18,360 nucleotides of DNA, from NCBI GenBank assembly GCA_050486505.1, contig JBJHDK010000047.1:1-18360 (forward strand), in the 5' to 3' direction. The position numbers and the translations under genes were made by a program. The notes below the pieces were generated by a model. That model ran no database searches and was not told the DNA's origin. It saw only the letters and a list, made by a program, of their open reading frames with translations. This document shows, in pieces, positions 1-8,538 of this stretch; within the stretch, counting starts at the first letter, position 1; each line of letters begins with the position of its first letter. The stretch is from Fibrobacteria bacterium. GTDB taxonomy: Bacteria; Fibrobacterota; Fibrobacteria; UBA11236.

Positions 1-521
1 CCCACGCCGCGAGCGTGCGCGAGGGCGATCTGCTTCGCCTTGCCGCTGGCGTTCTGGTGGATGGCGATCAGGCACGGCACGCCGCCGCCCTTGACGAACT
101 CGCTGCGGACGAGGTGGCCGGGGCCCTTGGGGGCGACCATGATGACGTCCACGTCCTTGGGGGGCTTGATGTTCTTGAAGTGGATGTTGAAACCGTGCGA
201 GAACACCAGCACCTTGCCCTTCTTGAGGTGGGGAAGGATGTCCTGCTCGTACACGGCCTTTTGCACTTCGTCGGGCAGCAGGATCTGGATCACGTCGGCC
301 TGCGCGGCGGCCTCCGCGGCACTCACCGGCTTGAAGCCGTGCTTGACGGCGAGCTTGTAGTTGGCCGAGCCCTTGCGCTGGCCGATGATGACCTTCACGC
401 CGCTGTCGCGCAGGTTCTGCGCCTGGGCGTGGCCCTGGCTTCCGTAACCGATCACCGCCACGGTTTTGCCCTTCAGGGGCGCGGCCGATCCGTCCTTGCT
501 CGTGTAAACCTTCAGTGCCAT
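1..521 (-). CDS. ilvC: Ketol-acid reductoisomerase (partial, 3' end runs off the window)
   Basis: Not in the ORF track. Manual translation of the minus strand from ATG at 521 gives [41 protein letters not shown]...FSHGFNIHF...[12 protein letters not shown], which contains the KARI signatures GYGSQG, HGFNI and APKGPG. The frame stays open to the window edge. Confidence 0.97.
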   Translation of the reverse strand, partial: MALKVYTSKDGSAAPLKGKTVAVIGYGSQGHAQAQNLRDSGVKVIIGQRKGSANYKLAVKHGFKPVSAAEAAAQADVIQILLPDEVQKAVYEQDILPHLKKGKVLVFSHGFNIHFKNIKPPKDVDVIMVAPKGPGHLVRSEFVKGGGVPCLIAIHQNASGKAKQIALAHARGV

Positions 522-619
522 GATCGAAACCTTTCGAGGGGGAAAGTTCCTAATATTAGCAACCCGTTCAAATTCCCGCACCATTCCAGACGGCCAGCCG
601 CCTCCCCGAAGCACACCCC

Positions 620-1990
<1,371 letters not shown>

Positions 1991-2036
1991 GGGGTTCCCT
2001 TCCCGTTTTTCCCCCTGCCAGGGGCGGGATCGGGCG

Positions 2037-2057
2037 CGATTCCCCGCCAGGGAATCG
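2037..2057. other. Perfect 8-bp-stem hairpin downstream of ffh
   Basis: CGATTCCC-cgcca-GGGAATCG; no U-tract follows, so its function is uncertain. Confidence 0.35.
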
Positions 2058-2079
2058 TCCGCGAAGAGGCCCCCCGGCC

Positions 2080-2107
2080 TTGACGTTTCGGCCCTGTTTT
2101 CTACACT
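2080..2107 (+). promoter_or_regulatory. Putative sigma70 promoter for rpsP
   Basis: TTGACG (2080-2085) - 16 nt - TACACT (2102-2107), followed by GGAG SD (2123-2126) and TTG start at 2135. Confidence 0.6.
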
Positions 2108-2134
2108 TTGCCCTCCAAAACGGGAGAAACTCTC

Positions 2135-2665
2135 TTGGCAGTTGTCATTCGCCTCGCCCGCATGGGCAAAACGCACAAGCCCTTTTACCGCATTTCCGTC
2201 GCGGATTCCCGCGCCGCCGCAACCGGTAAGTTCCTCGAACAGATCGGCCACTACGATCCGAACGTGAATCCTCCCGCCATTGAGGTGAACGAGGAAAGCG
2301 CGATCAAGTGGATGAAGAACGGCGCACGTCCCAGCGACACCGTCCGCTCTCTCTTCTACCGCCAGGGCATCATGGAAAAGTTCGCGCTCGTGTCGCAAGG
2401 CAAGGGCGAGGGCGCCGACCTGAAGGCCCGCGAGTCACTCCAGGCCAAGAAGCCGAAGGTGCACAAGAAGGCCAAGGAAAAGGCGGAAGCCGCCGCCAAG
2501 GCCGCTGCTGAAGCCAAGGCTGCGGAAGAGAAGGCAGCTGCCGAAGCCAAGGCAGCCGCCGCTGCAGAAGCCGAAGCCGCCAAGGCTGCTGCTGCCGAAG
2601 AAGCTGCCGCCGCTGCCGCGTCTGCGGAAGCTCCTGCCGCCGATGAAGAGAAGCCCGCGGGCTGA
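2135..2665 (+). CDS. rpsP: 30S ribosomal protein S16 with long Ala/Glu/Lys-rich C-terminal extension
   Basis: (M)AVVIRLARMGKTHKPFYRISVADSR...GKFLEQIGHYDP...WMKNGARPSDTV is the S16 signature. Start moved from 2108 to the in-frame TTG at 2135 because of the GGAG SD. Confidence 0.97.
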   Translation: MAVVIRLARMGKTHKPFYRISVADSRAAATGKFLEQIGHYDPNVNPPAIEVNEESAIKWMKNGARPSDTVRSLFYRQGIMEKFALVSQGKGEGADLKARESLQAKKPKVHKKAKEKAEAAAKAAAEAKAAEEKAAAEAKAAAAAEAEAAKAAAAEEAAAAAASAEAPAADEEKPAG

Positions 2666-2686
2666 TTGACTGCCACGGCATGACAC

Positions 2687-2721
2687 AAAAAAGGCCTCGC
2701 CGGATTCGGCGGGCCTTTTTT
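2687..2721 (+). terminator. Intrinsic (probably bidirectional) terminator after rpsP
   Basis: AAAAAAGGCC(T)CGCCG-gatt-CGGCGGGCC-TTTTTT: GC stem with an A-tract before and a T-tract after. Confidence 0.85.
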
Positions 2722-2856
2722 GTTGGGCCGGTTGATGGAGACATGGACCAATGGACTTTATGGACTGGCTGGACGATATGGACACGCCCATGATCCCAGC
2801 CAGTCCATAAAGTCCATGACGTCCATTTTGTCCATCGGTCTATCAACCGGCCCAAC
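2722..2856. repeat. 135-bp imperfect palindrome made of converging ATGGAC/GTCCAT short repeats
   Basis: Perfect 15-bp outer inverted repeat (GTTGGGCCGGTTGAT 2722-2736 / ATCAACCGGCCCAAC 2842-2856) and perfect 22-bp inner inverted repeat (2751-2772 / 2796-2817). ATGGAC-like units start at 2735, 2743, 2751, 2760, 2769, 2778; GTCCAT-like units at 2803, 2812, 2821, 2830, 2838. Confidence 0.9.
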
Positions 2857-2862
2857 CCCTGC

Positions 2863-2871
2863 TGCTACCTT
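2863..2871 (+). promoter_or_regulatory. Putative extended -10 promoter for a leaderless rimM transcript
   Basis: TG-c-TACCTT matches TGnTAnnnT and ends 7 nt before the ATG at 2879; no SD is visible. Confidence 0.4.
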
Positions 2872-2878
2872 TAAGATC

Positions 2879-3406
2879 ATGATATCCCTCCCCAACGATT
2901 TTACCCTCGTCGGTTACCTGCAAAAACCCTACGGCCTCCTGGGCGAGGTGAAAGTGCGCCCCGAAACCTTCGACTTCGAACGCCACAGCAAACTCAAGCA
3001 GGTGTTCGCCCGTGACCGCGACGGGGAGATCACCCCCCTCACGGTGCGCTCCACCCGCGCCGACGACAAATTCTGGTACCTCAAATTCGAAGGCCTGCGC
3101 ACCCCCGAAACCGCAGCGTCCCTGAGCGGCCAGGAATTGCTCATCGATTCCGCCGAGAAGCTCGAGCTTCCCGAGGGCATGACATATTTCTCCGACATGC
3201 CGGGAATGCGCGTCGTCGACGAAAGGGGAGAGGAGATTGGCACGATCCTGGAAATCCGTGAAGCGGGGCCGGGCGAATACATCATCGTGCGCGCGGGTGA
3301 CAAGGAAATCCCCGTGCCGTGGAACGATCACTTCGTCCTGCGCGTTGATGCGGATGCCGGGGAAATCCAGGTTGACTTTTCGAAGCTCCGGGGTGTGCTG
3401 CTTTAA
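2879..3406 (+). CDS. rimM: 16S rRNA processing protein RimM
   Basis: VGYLQKPYGLLGEVKV N-terminal motif, LKFEG, PRC-barrel-like C-terminus (IPVPW...FVLRVD) and position between rpsP and trmD. The upstream extension to 2720 just reads through the palindrome, so the ATG at 2879 is preferred. Confidence 0.93.
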   Translation: MISLPNDFTLVGYLQKPYGLLGEVKVRPETFDFERHSKLKQVFARDRDGEITPLTVRSTRADDKFWYLKFEGLRTPETAASLSGQELLIDSAEKLELPEGMTYFSDMPGMRVVDERGEEIGTILEIREAGPGEYIIVRAGDKEIPVPWNDHFVLRVDADAGEIQVDFSKLRGVLL

Positions 3407-3429
3407 CGGCATGCCCGAAACGGTCTCGC

Positions 3430-4188
3430 ATGCGCATCGACGTCATCACCCTCTTTCCCGAAATGTTCGAGGCGCTTGACGCCAGCATTCCCGGCAGGGC
3501 GCAAAAATCGGGGGCCCTCACGCTGCGCACGCACCAGCTCCGCGATCATGCGGTGAACCGGCATGGCCAGGTCGACGATGCGCCGTATGGCGGCGAAGCG
3601 GGGATGGTGTTGCGCCCCGAACCCTTGCGCGACTCCCTTGCAGCCCTGACGGAGGAACTCGGGGGAAGAAAACCCCACGTCATCTTTCTGAGCGCGCAAG
3701 GAAAGCTCCTGACCCAGGAGCGTGCGGCCGAGCTGGCCGGCATGGACAACCTCGCTTTGGTGTGCGGCCATTACAAGGGTGTCGACCAACGCTTCATCGA
3801 TGCGCATGTCGACGAGCAGTTGTGCATCGGCGACTATGTGCTCTCCGGCGGCGAGCTTGCGGCCATGGTTCTCATCGATGCCGTGGCGCGCCTGCTTCCC
3901 GACGTGATCGGCGATATCGAGTCCGCCGAAACCGATTCCTTTGCCAGGCAGGGACGACTCGGCTGGCCGGTTTACACGCGTCCGGCGGAATTCGAGGGGC
4001 GAAGCGTTCCCGATATCCTTGTTTCGGGACATCATGCGAAGATCCGGGACTGGCAGCTCCTTGAGAGCCTTCGCGTCACGCGTGAAAATCGTCCGGATTT
4101 ACTGGAAAGTCGCCCCCTGACGGATGAAGAAAACGCGCTGTTGTCGCCTCCAGAACGTCGTCGCAAACGGCGCACGCCTCCAGGCTAA
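3430..4188 (+). CDS. trmD: tRNA (guanine-N1)-methyltransferase TrmD
   Basis: MRIDVITLFPEMF, VDDAPYGGEAGMV, CGHYKGVDQR, IGDYVLSGGE, YTRP and SGHH motifs. Confidence 0.98.
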   Translation: MRIDVITLFPEMFEALDASIPGRAQKSGALTLRTHQLRDHAVNRHGQVDDAPYGGEAGMVLRPEPLRDSLAALTEELGGRKPHVIFLSAQGKLLTQERAAELAGMDNLALVCGHYKGVDQRFIDAHVDEQLCIGDYVLSGGELAAMVLIDAVARLLPDVIGDIESAETDSFARQGRLGWPVYTRPAEFEGRSVPDILVSGHHAKIRDWQLLESLRVTRENRPDLLESRPLTDEENALLSPPERRRKRRTPPG

Positions 4189-4338
4189 ATCGTTATCATA
4201 CCCGAAAAGGTCTTTTGGAGAGAGGCTGATTCTGCTGATCTCTCGATATTAAAACGATTCTTAATGAATAATAATCGTTTATTGAGGCTCATTACGCGAC
4301 ATTTCACTTCATGAATCGATATATTGAATGTCATGAAT
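4189..4338 (+). promoter_or_regulatory. AT-rich promoter/operator region of the carotenoid cassette
   Basis: Sharp AT-rich stretch in a GC-rich window. It holds the inverted repeat AAACGATT-N13-AATCGTTT (4252-4280), TCATGAAT twice 22 bp apart (4309, 4331) and a candidate -10 TATATT (4320-4325). Confidence 0.5.
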
Positions 4339-5271
4339 GAAACAGCCGAAAAAGTCCTGACAACTTCCCAAGCCGCGCTTCTGCTCCGTGTTCACGAATC
4401 GTCCGTGAAGCGCTGGAGCAACCTCGGCGAATTGGAACTCGAGAAAACGGCGGGCGGACATCGCCGTATCCAATTCGACACATTGATCGACTTTGCACGG
4501 AAGAAGGAGATCGCGTCAGAATTACTCGCCTTCTCGCCCCACGAAGAAGAGGTCGCATGGGCGGGATTCAGTGCCCGGGAGAAGAACGATTTCGAGCCTC
4601 TGTGCGAAATCATTCTCCGGTTTTGCGACACGGAATCGCCACGCTGGCTTTCCCGGCTGTTCCGTTACCTCGAGGATGCTTTCGGGCTGCCGACTGCCCG
4701 GATCTTCGACATGGGCGTCGCGGGGGCGCTGCGCGAGGTCGGGCGCCAATGGGAAACCGGGTCACGCACCATTGCATTGGAACATCGCTTTACCCAAAAA
4801 ATCCTTGATGCGTTGCACGGCATCCTCACCGGCCTCGAGGAATCGCGAGCCTACGGAAGCATTCCCGGACGACACGCCGTGATCGGGTGTGCCGAAGGCT
4901 GCCATCATGAGATCGGGGGGCTGATGACACGGATCCTGCTCGAGCAGGATGGGTGGACGGTGACCTATCTCGGAGCGAATGTTCCGTTTGAGGAACTCGC
5001 GGGGATCCAGGAACTGGAACGTGCCCAGCTCATGTGCGTCCCCTTCGTTGCTCCGCTGGGGATCAGCGACGTCCGTCGCTGCCTCAAGGTCATCGGCGCC
5101 TTGTACCAGCCAGCCGCGCCGTACCGCCTTGTCATCGGCGGTGTCCAGGGAACGGTCGGGACCGAAGAGATGTACGGCACCCCGATGCCCCTCAAGTTTG
5201 TGGATTCGATGGAGGCCTTCTCGCGCTGGGCAAGGGCCGCGTTCCCCGAACCTGTCATGGAGGCTGCATGA
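4333..5271 (+). CDS. CarH/LitR-like transcriptional regulator: N-terminal MerR/excisionase-type HTH plus cobalamin-binding domains
   Basis: HTH LTTSQAALLLRVHESSVKRW...KTAGGHRR; exact W-x9-EH motif (WETGSRTIALEH) of CarH-type four-helix bundles; Rossmann B12 domain HEIG...YLGANVP...IGG; first gene of a crt cluster. ATG 4333 preferred over TTG 4324. Confidence 0.85.
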   Translation: MNETAEKVLTTSQAALLLRVHESSVKRWSNLGELELEKTAGGHRRIQFDTLIDFARKKEIASELLAFSPHEEEVAWAGFSAREKNDFEPLCEIILRFCDTESPRWLSRLFRYLEDAFGLPTARIFDMGVAGALREVGRQWETGSRTIALEHRFTQKILDALHGILTGLEESRAYGSIPGRHAVIGCAEGCHHEIGGLMTRILLEQDGWTVTYLGANVPFEELAGIQELERAQLMCVPFVAPLGISDVRRCLKVIGALYQPAAPYRLVIGGVQGTVGTEEMYGTPMPLKFVDSMEAFSRWARAAFPEPVMEAA

Positions 5272-6284
5272 AGCTCCAAGCCGTTGATCAAGAAAGAATG
5301 AACGGGGTTTTCCCTCCACGCGACCCTGCGCGAGGGTACCTGACCCTGCCCGCATGGCTCAGGGAGCACCCTGATGTCGTTTCGGGTGAATCGTCCATTG
5401 AGTATCTGGCGCGGCACAGTCACTCGTTTCGCTATGCGGCCCGCTTTTTGCCCGCACCGTACGATACGCTGGTCGCTGATGTCTATGCCTTTTGCAGGTT
5501 CACCGACGATCTGGTCGACGTGGCCCAAGGGGCGGGCGCCGAAGTCCTCGAAGAGCGTCTCAATGTCTGGTCGCGTCTGGCCAGGGACAGTCATGCCGGT
5601 CGGCCGAGCGGCATCGCGTTGTTGGACAGGCCCCTGATGGAAATGGCCCGCCGCGACATTCCGTTCGAGTATGTGGAAGATTTGCTGCGCGGAGTGGCGA
5701 TGGATCTTTCGCCGCGTCGTTACGTCACGCTGAAGGAGCTTGACGTTTACAGTTATCGCGTTGCCTCGGTGGTCGGACTTTGGCTGACGCGCCTGGTCGG
5801 CGTGCATGCCACGCACGTGCTCGAACGTGCAACCGATCTCGGCATTGCCATGCAAACGACCAATATCTTGCGTGATGTCGGTGAAGACTGGGCGCGCGGA
5901 CGGTTGTATCTGCCTCTTGCGACCTTGCGCCGGCACGGAATTCGCGAGGAGGGCATCGCCGCTGCATGTTCCGGCGGTCCACTCCCGGCAGGCTGGGCCG
6001 ACGCGATGGAGGAACTCATGGCCGCCGCGGAGCTTCGCTACGAATCCGCCATCAAGGCTGTTCCTATGCTTCCCAGGTTCTTTCAGCGCCCGGTGATGGT
6101 CTCGGCTCTCGTGTATCGCGATATCCACACTGCGCTGCGCCGGAACGGCTACGATAACCTGAGATTGAGGGCCCATACGTCGGCGTCGCGCAAGGTCTGG
6201 CTCGGCCTGAAGGCCCGGCTCCTGCTTGCCGGATCGGGATGGAGCGCATCCAGGGACTCGATCCCGGTCGCCGAGGCCGCATGA
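5268..6284 (+). CDS. crtB: Phytoene synthase
   Basis: HSHSFRYAARFLP, YAFCRFTDDLVD (DDxxD), YSYRVASVVG, TNILRDVGED and RLYLP. ATG 5268 overlaps the regulator stop (ATGA), with GGAGG SD upstream. Confidence 0.95.
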   Translation: MKLQAVDQERMNGVFPPRDPARGYLTLPAWLREHPDVVSGESSIEYLARHSHSFRYAARFLPAPYDTLVADVYAFCRFTDDLVDVAQGAGAEVLEERLNVWSRLARDSHAGRPSGIALLDRPLMEMARRDIPFEYVEDLLRGVAMDLSPRRYVTLKELDVYSYRVASVVGLWLTRLVGVHATHVLERATDLGIAMQTTNILRDVGEDWARGRLYLPLATLRRHGIREEGIAAACSGGPLPAGWADAMEELMAAAELRYESAIKAVPMLPRFFQRPVMVSALVYRDIHTALRRNGYDNLRLRAHTSASRKVWLGLKARLLLAGSGWSASRDSIPVAEAA

Positions 6285-6976
6285 CCGTTCCACGCGTTGC
6301 TGTATCACTGCTTGCGTTCACCGTCTCGTTGCTGATGCTGCCCGTCATTGTCGGCGCGGCGCCAGAGCCCAGGTTGGGAGGAGTCGAAGCGGCGATGCGG
6401 CTTGACCTTGACCGTAATGCAGTGGCCTTGAGCGCAAATCCGTCTGATATGACCCTGCGGCACGAGCGTCTTCGCCTCTTGCATGCGCTGAGCATCGAGG
6501 AGGCATCGCTGCTTGATTCCGCCCGCATCGAACTGGAGGTGCTGTCCCGTGAAGTGCCTGAATCGCGTAGTCTCTGGACGGCCTATGCCGGGGCCTTGCA
6601 CGTCGTCGAGGCCCGTCATGCGTCGTGGCCTCATGAGCGTGCGCAGTTTCTTCGCCGCGGCCTCGCCATGCTCGATTCCGCTGTCAACGAGAAGGGCGAT
6701 GACGTCGAAATCCGCCATTTACGTCTGGTCAGCGGGTACTACCTGCCCGCGGTCCTCGGACGAAGGGGTGAGGTGAGAGAGGATTTCGGCGTGTTGGCCC
6801 GTCTGCTTCCGGCCGCACAACCCGAGTACCCCGGATTGTGGTTCGTGACCACGACGGATTTCGTTCTTGAGCACGGCTCGCTTGGACGAACGACGAGGAA
6901 GCGACTGCTTGAAGCGCGCCAGAAGGCCGCGTCCGGGAAGGAGTCGCTCCTTCCTGCCGTTCCCGGCATCGACTGA
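6281..6976 (+). CDS. Hypothetical exported alpha-helical (TPR-like) protein inside the crt operon
   Basis: ATG 6281 overlaps the crtB stop (ATGA) with GAGG SD. N-terminus MTVPRVAVSLLAFTVSLLMLPVIVGA looks like a signal peptide. Amphipathic helices follow (AYAGAL...GLAMLDSAV...DDVEIRHLRL...LPAVLGR). Confidence 0.75.
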   Translation: MTVPRVAVSLLAFTVSLLMLPVIVGAAPEPRLGGVEAAMRLDLDRNAVALSANPSDMTLRHERLRLLHALSIEEASLLDSARIELEVLSREVPESRSLWTAYAGALHVVEARHASWPHERAQFLRRGLAMLDSAVNEKGDDVEIRHLRLVSGYYLPAVLGRRGEVREDFGVLARLLPAAQPEYPGLWFVTTTDFVLEHGSLGRTTRKRLLEARQKAASGKESLLPAVPGID

Positions 6977-7031
6977 TAACCAGCCTGTCAAATCCATGGT
7001 GCGCCCATCGCAAACTTCAAATGGAGCCCCG

Positions 7032-8537
7032 ATGAACCTCCCCAAAACCGCTGTCGTGATCGGATCCGGCTTCGGTGGCCTTGCCACCGCCATTCGGCTG
7101 CAAAGTCTCGGCCTGAAGGTCACTTTGATCGAACAACGCGAAAAGGTCGGAGGACGTGCCTACCAGTTGAAGGAAGGCGGCTACACCTTCGACATGGGAC
7201 CTTCGCTGATCACCGCGCCTTCCGTCATCGATGCCGTGTTTCGCCGTGCGGGCACCACGCTTCGCGATGCCCTGGAGCTGATTCCGCTCAACCCCTACTA
7301 TCGCGTGTTCTTCCATGACCGAACCCGTTTCGAATACAACGGGACCCCCGAGGACATGAAGGCGCAAATGCGCCAGTACAATGCTGCGGACGCCGAGCGC
7401 TACGATGACTTCATGCGTGCCATCAAGCCGATCTATGCCGAAGTCATTGAAAAGGGTCTCGGAAGCCGACCCTTCGGGAACCCCATGACCATGGTGCGCT
7501 TCGTCCCGACCGTCATCAAGCTTGGTGCATGGCGCACCGCCACCTCCTTCGCCAACATGTACTTCAAGGATTGGCGTCACCGCTTCGTCTTCAGCTTTCA
7601 TGCTCTCTATATCGGAGGAAACCCCTTCCACTGCCCTGCGATTTACCAGATGATCCCGTATCTCGAACGCGCCGAAGGCGTGTATTACACGCCCGGCGGG
7701 ATGTATTCTCTCGTGGGCGCACTGGAGAAGGCGTTCCTGGGAATGGGGGGCACCATCCATGTCAACCGTCCTGTGACGCGCATCCGCGTGGAGAACGGGC
7801 GGGCGACGGGGGTCGAAACCGACGAGGGGTTCGTCCCTGCGGATCTCGTGGTCAGCAATGCCGACGTGGGCTTCACCTACACGAAGTTGATCGATCCGGC
7901 GCATCGCCGCAAATGGACGAATGCAAAGGTCGCGCGACAGGAATTCACGATGAGCTGCTTCCTGCTTTTCCTGGGCGTGAAGAAGCGCTATCCGGAACTC
8001 GCGCACCATACCTTGATCCTCGCGGAGCGCTACAAGGAACTGCTGAAGGACATCTTCAAGAACAAGATCCTGCCGGATGACTTCAGCATGTACGTGCACG
8101 CGCCCACGCGCACGGACGACTCCATGGCACCTCCGGGATGCGAAAGCTTGATGGTGCTGGTCCCCGTGGCCAACCAGCAATCGGGCATCGACTGGAAGAA
8201 GGAAGCGGCTCCCTATGCGGAACGCATCCTTGACTTCCTCGAACAGTGGGGGCTGACGGACCTCCGCGAGAACCTCGAGACGTTCCGCATCTTCACCCCG
8301 GACGATTTCGAGGCGAAGCTTCTGGCGACGCACGGGAATGCGTTCGGCATCGAACCCCGGTTGTCTCAAACGGGTTACTTTCGTCCGCACAACCGCAGCG
8401 AGGACGTGAAGGGGTTGTACTTTGCGGGGGCCGGAACCCACCCCGGCGCGGGAGTCCCGGGCGTTCTCCTCTCCGCCGAAGCGGCCGAGAACTGCATCGT
8501 CGAAGACTACCCGGAACTTGCAACACGGGCCGGATGA
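7032..8537 (+). CDS. crtI: Phytoene desaturase (CrtI family)
   Basis: FAD-binding VVIGSGFGGLA, GGRAY...FDMGPS and C-terminal LYFAGAGTHPGAGVPGV. GGAG SD at 7023-7026 precedes ATG 7032. Confidence 0.96.
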   Translation: MNLPKTAVVIGSGFGGLATAIRLQSLGLKVTLIEQREKVGGRAYQLKEGGYTFDMGPSLITAPSVIDAVFRRAGTTLRDALELIPLNPYYRVFFHDRTRFEYNGTPEDMKAQMRQYNAADAERYDDFMRAIKPIYAEVIEKGLGSRPFGNPMTMVRFVPTVIKLGAWRTATSFANMYFKDWRHRFVFSFHALYIGGNPFHCPAIYQMIPYLERAEGVYYTPGGMYSLVGALEKAFLGMGGTIHVNRPVTRIRVENGRATGVETDEGFVPADLVVSNADVGFTYTKLIDPAHRRKWTNAKVARQEFTMSCFLLFLGVKKRYPELAHHTLILAERYKELLKDIFKNKILPDDFSMYVHAPTRTDDSMAPPGCESLMVLVPVANQQSGIDWKKEAAPYAERILDFLEQWGLTDLRENLETFRIFTPDDFEAKLLATHGNAFGIEPRLSQTGYFRPHNRSEDVKGLYFAGAGTHPGAGVPGVLLSAEAAENCIVEDYPELATRAG

Positions 8538-8538
8538 C

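Noticed and set aside
1991..2079. Possible SRP RNA (ffs) next to ffh
   Set aside because: GC-rich hairpins are present, but I could not find the conserved domain IV pattern (CAGG...GGAA...AGCAG)
2735..2843. Possible CRISPR array
   Set aside because: Repeats are 6 bp with 2-3 bp linkers and switch orientation midway; there are no spacers and no cas genes
2720..2878. N-terminal extension of RimM and small ORFs crossing the palindrome (2356-2855 minus)
   Set aside because: These translate the terminator and the repeat element; RimM similarity starts at Met 2879
4189..4332. Possible cobalamin riboswitch upstream of the B12-binding regulator
   Set aside because: The region is short and AT-rich, with no recognisable B12-box or GGGAA core
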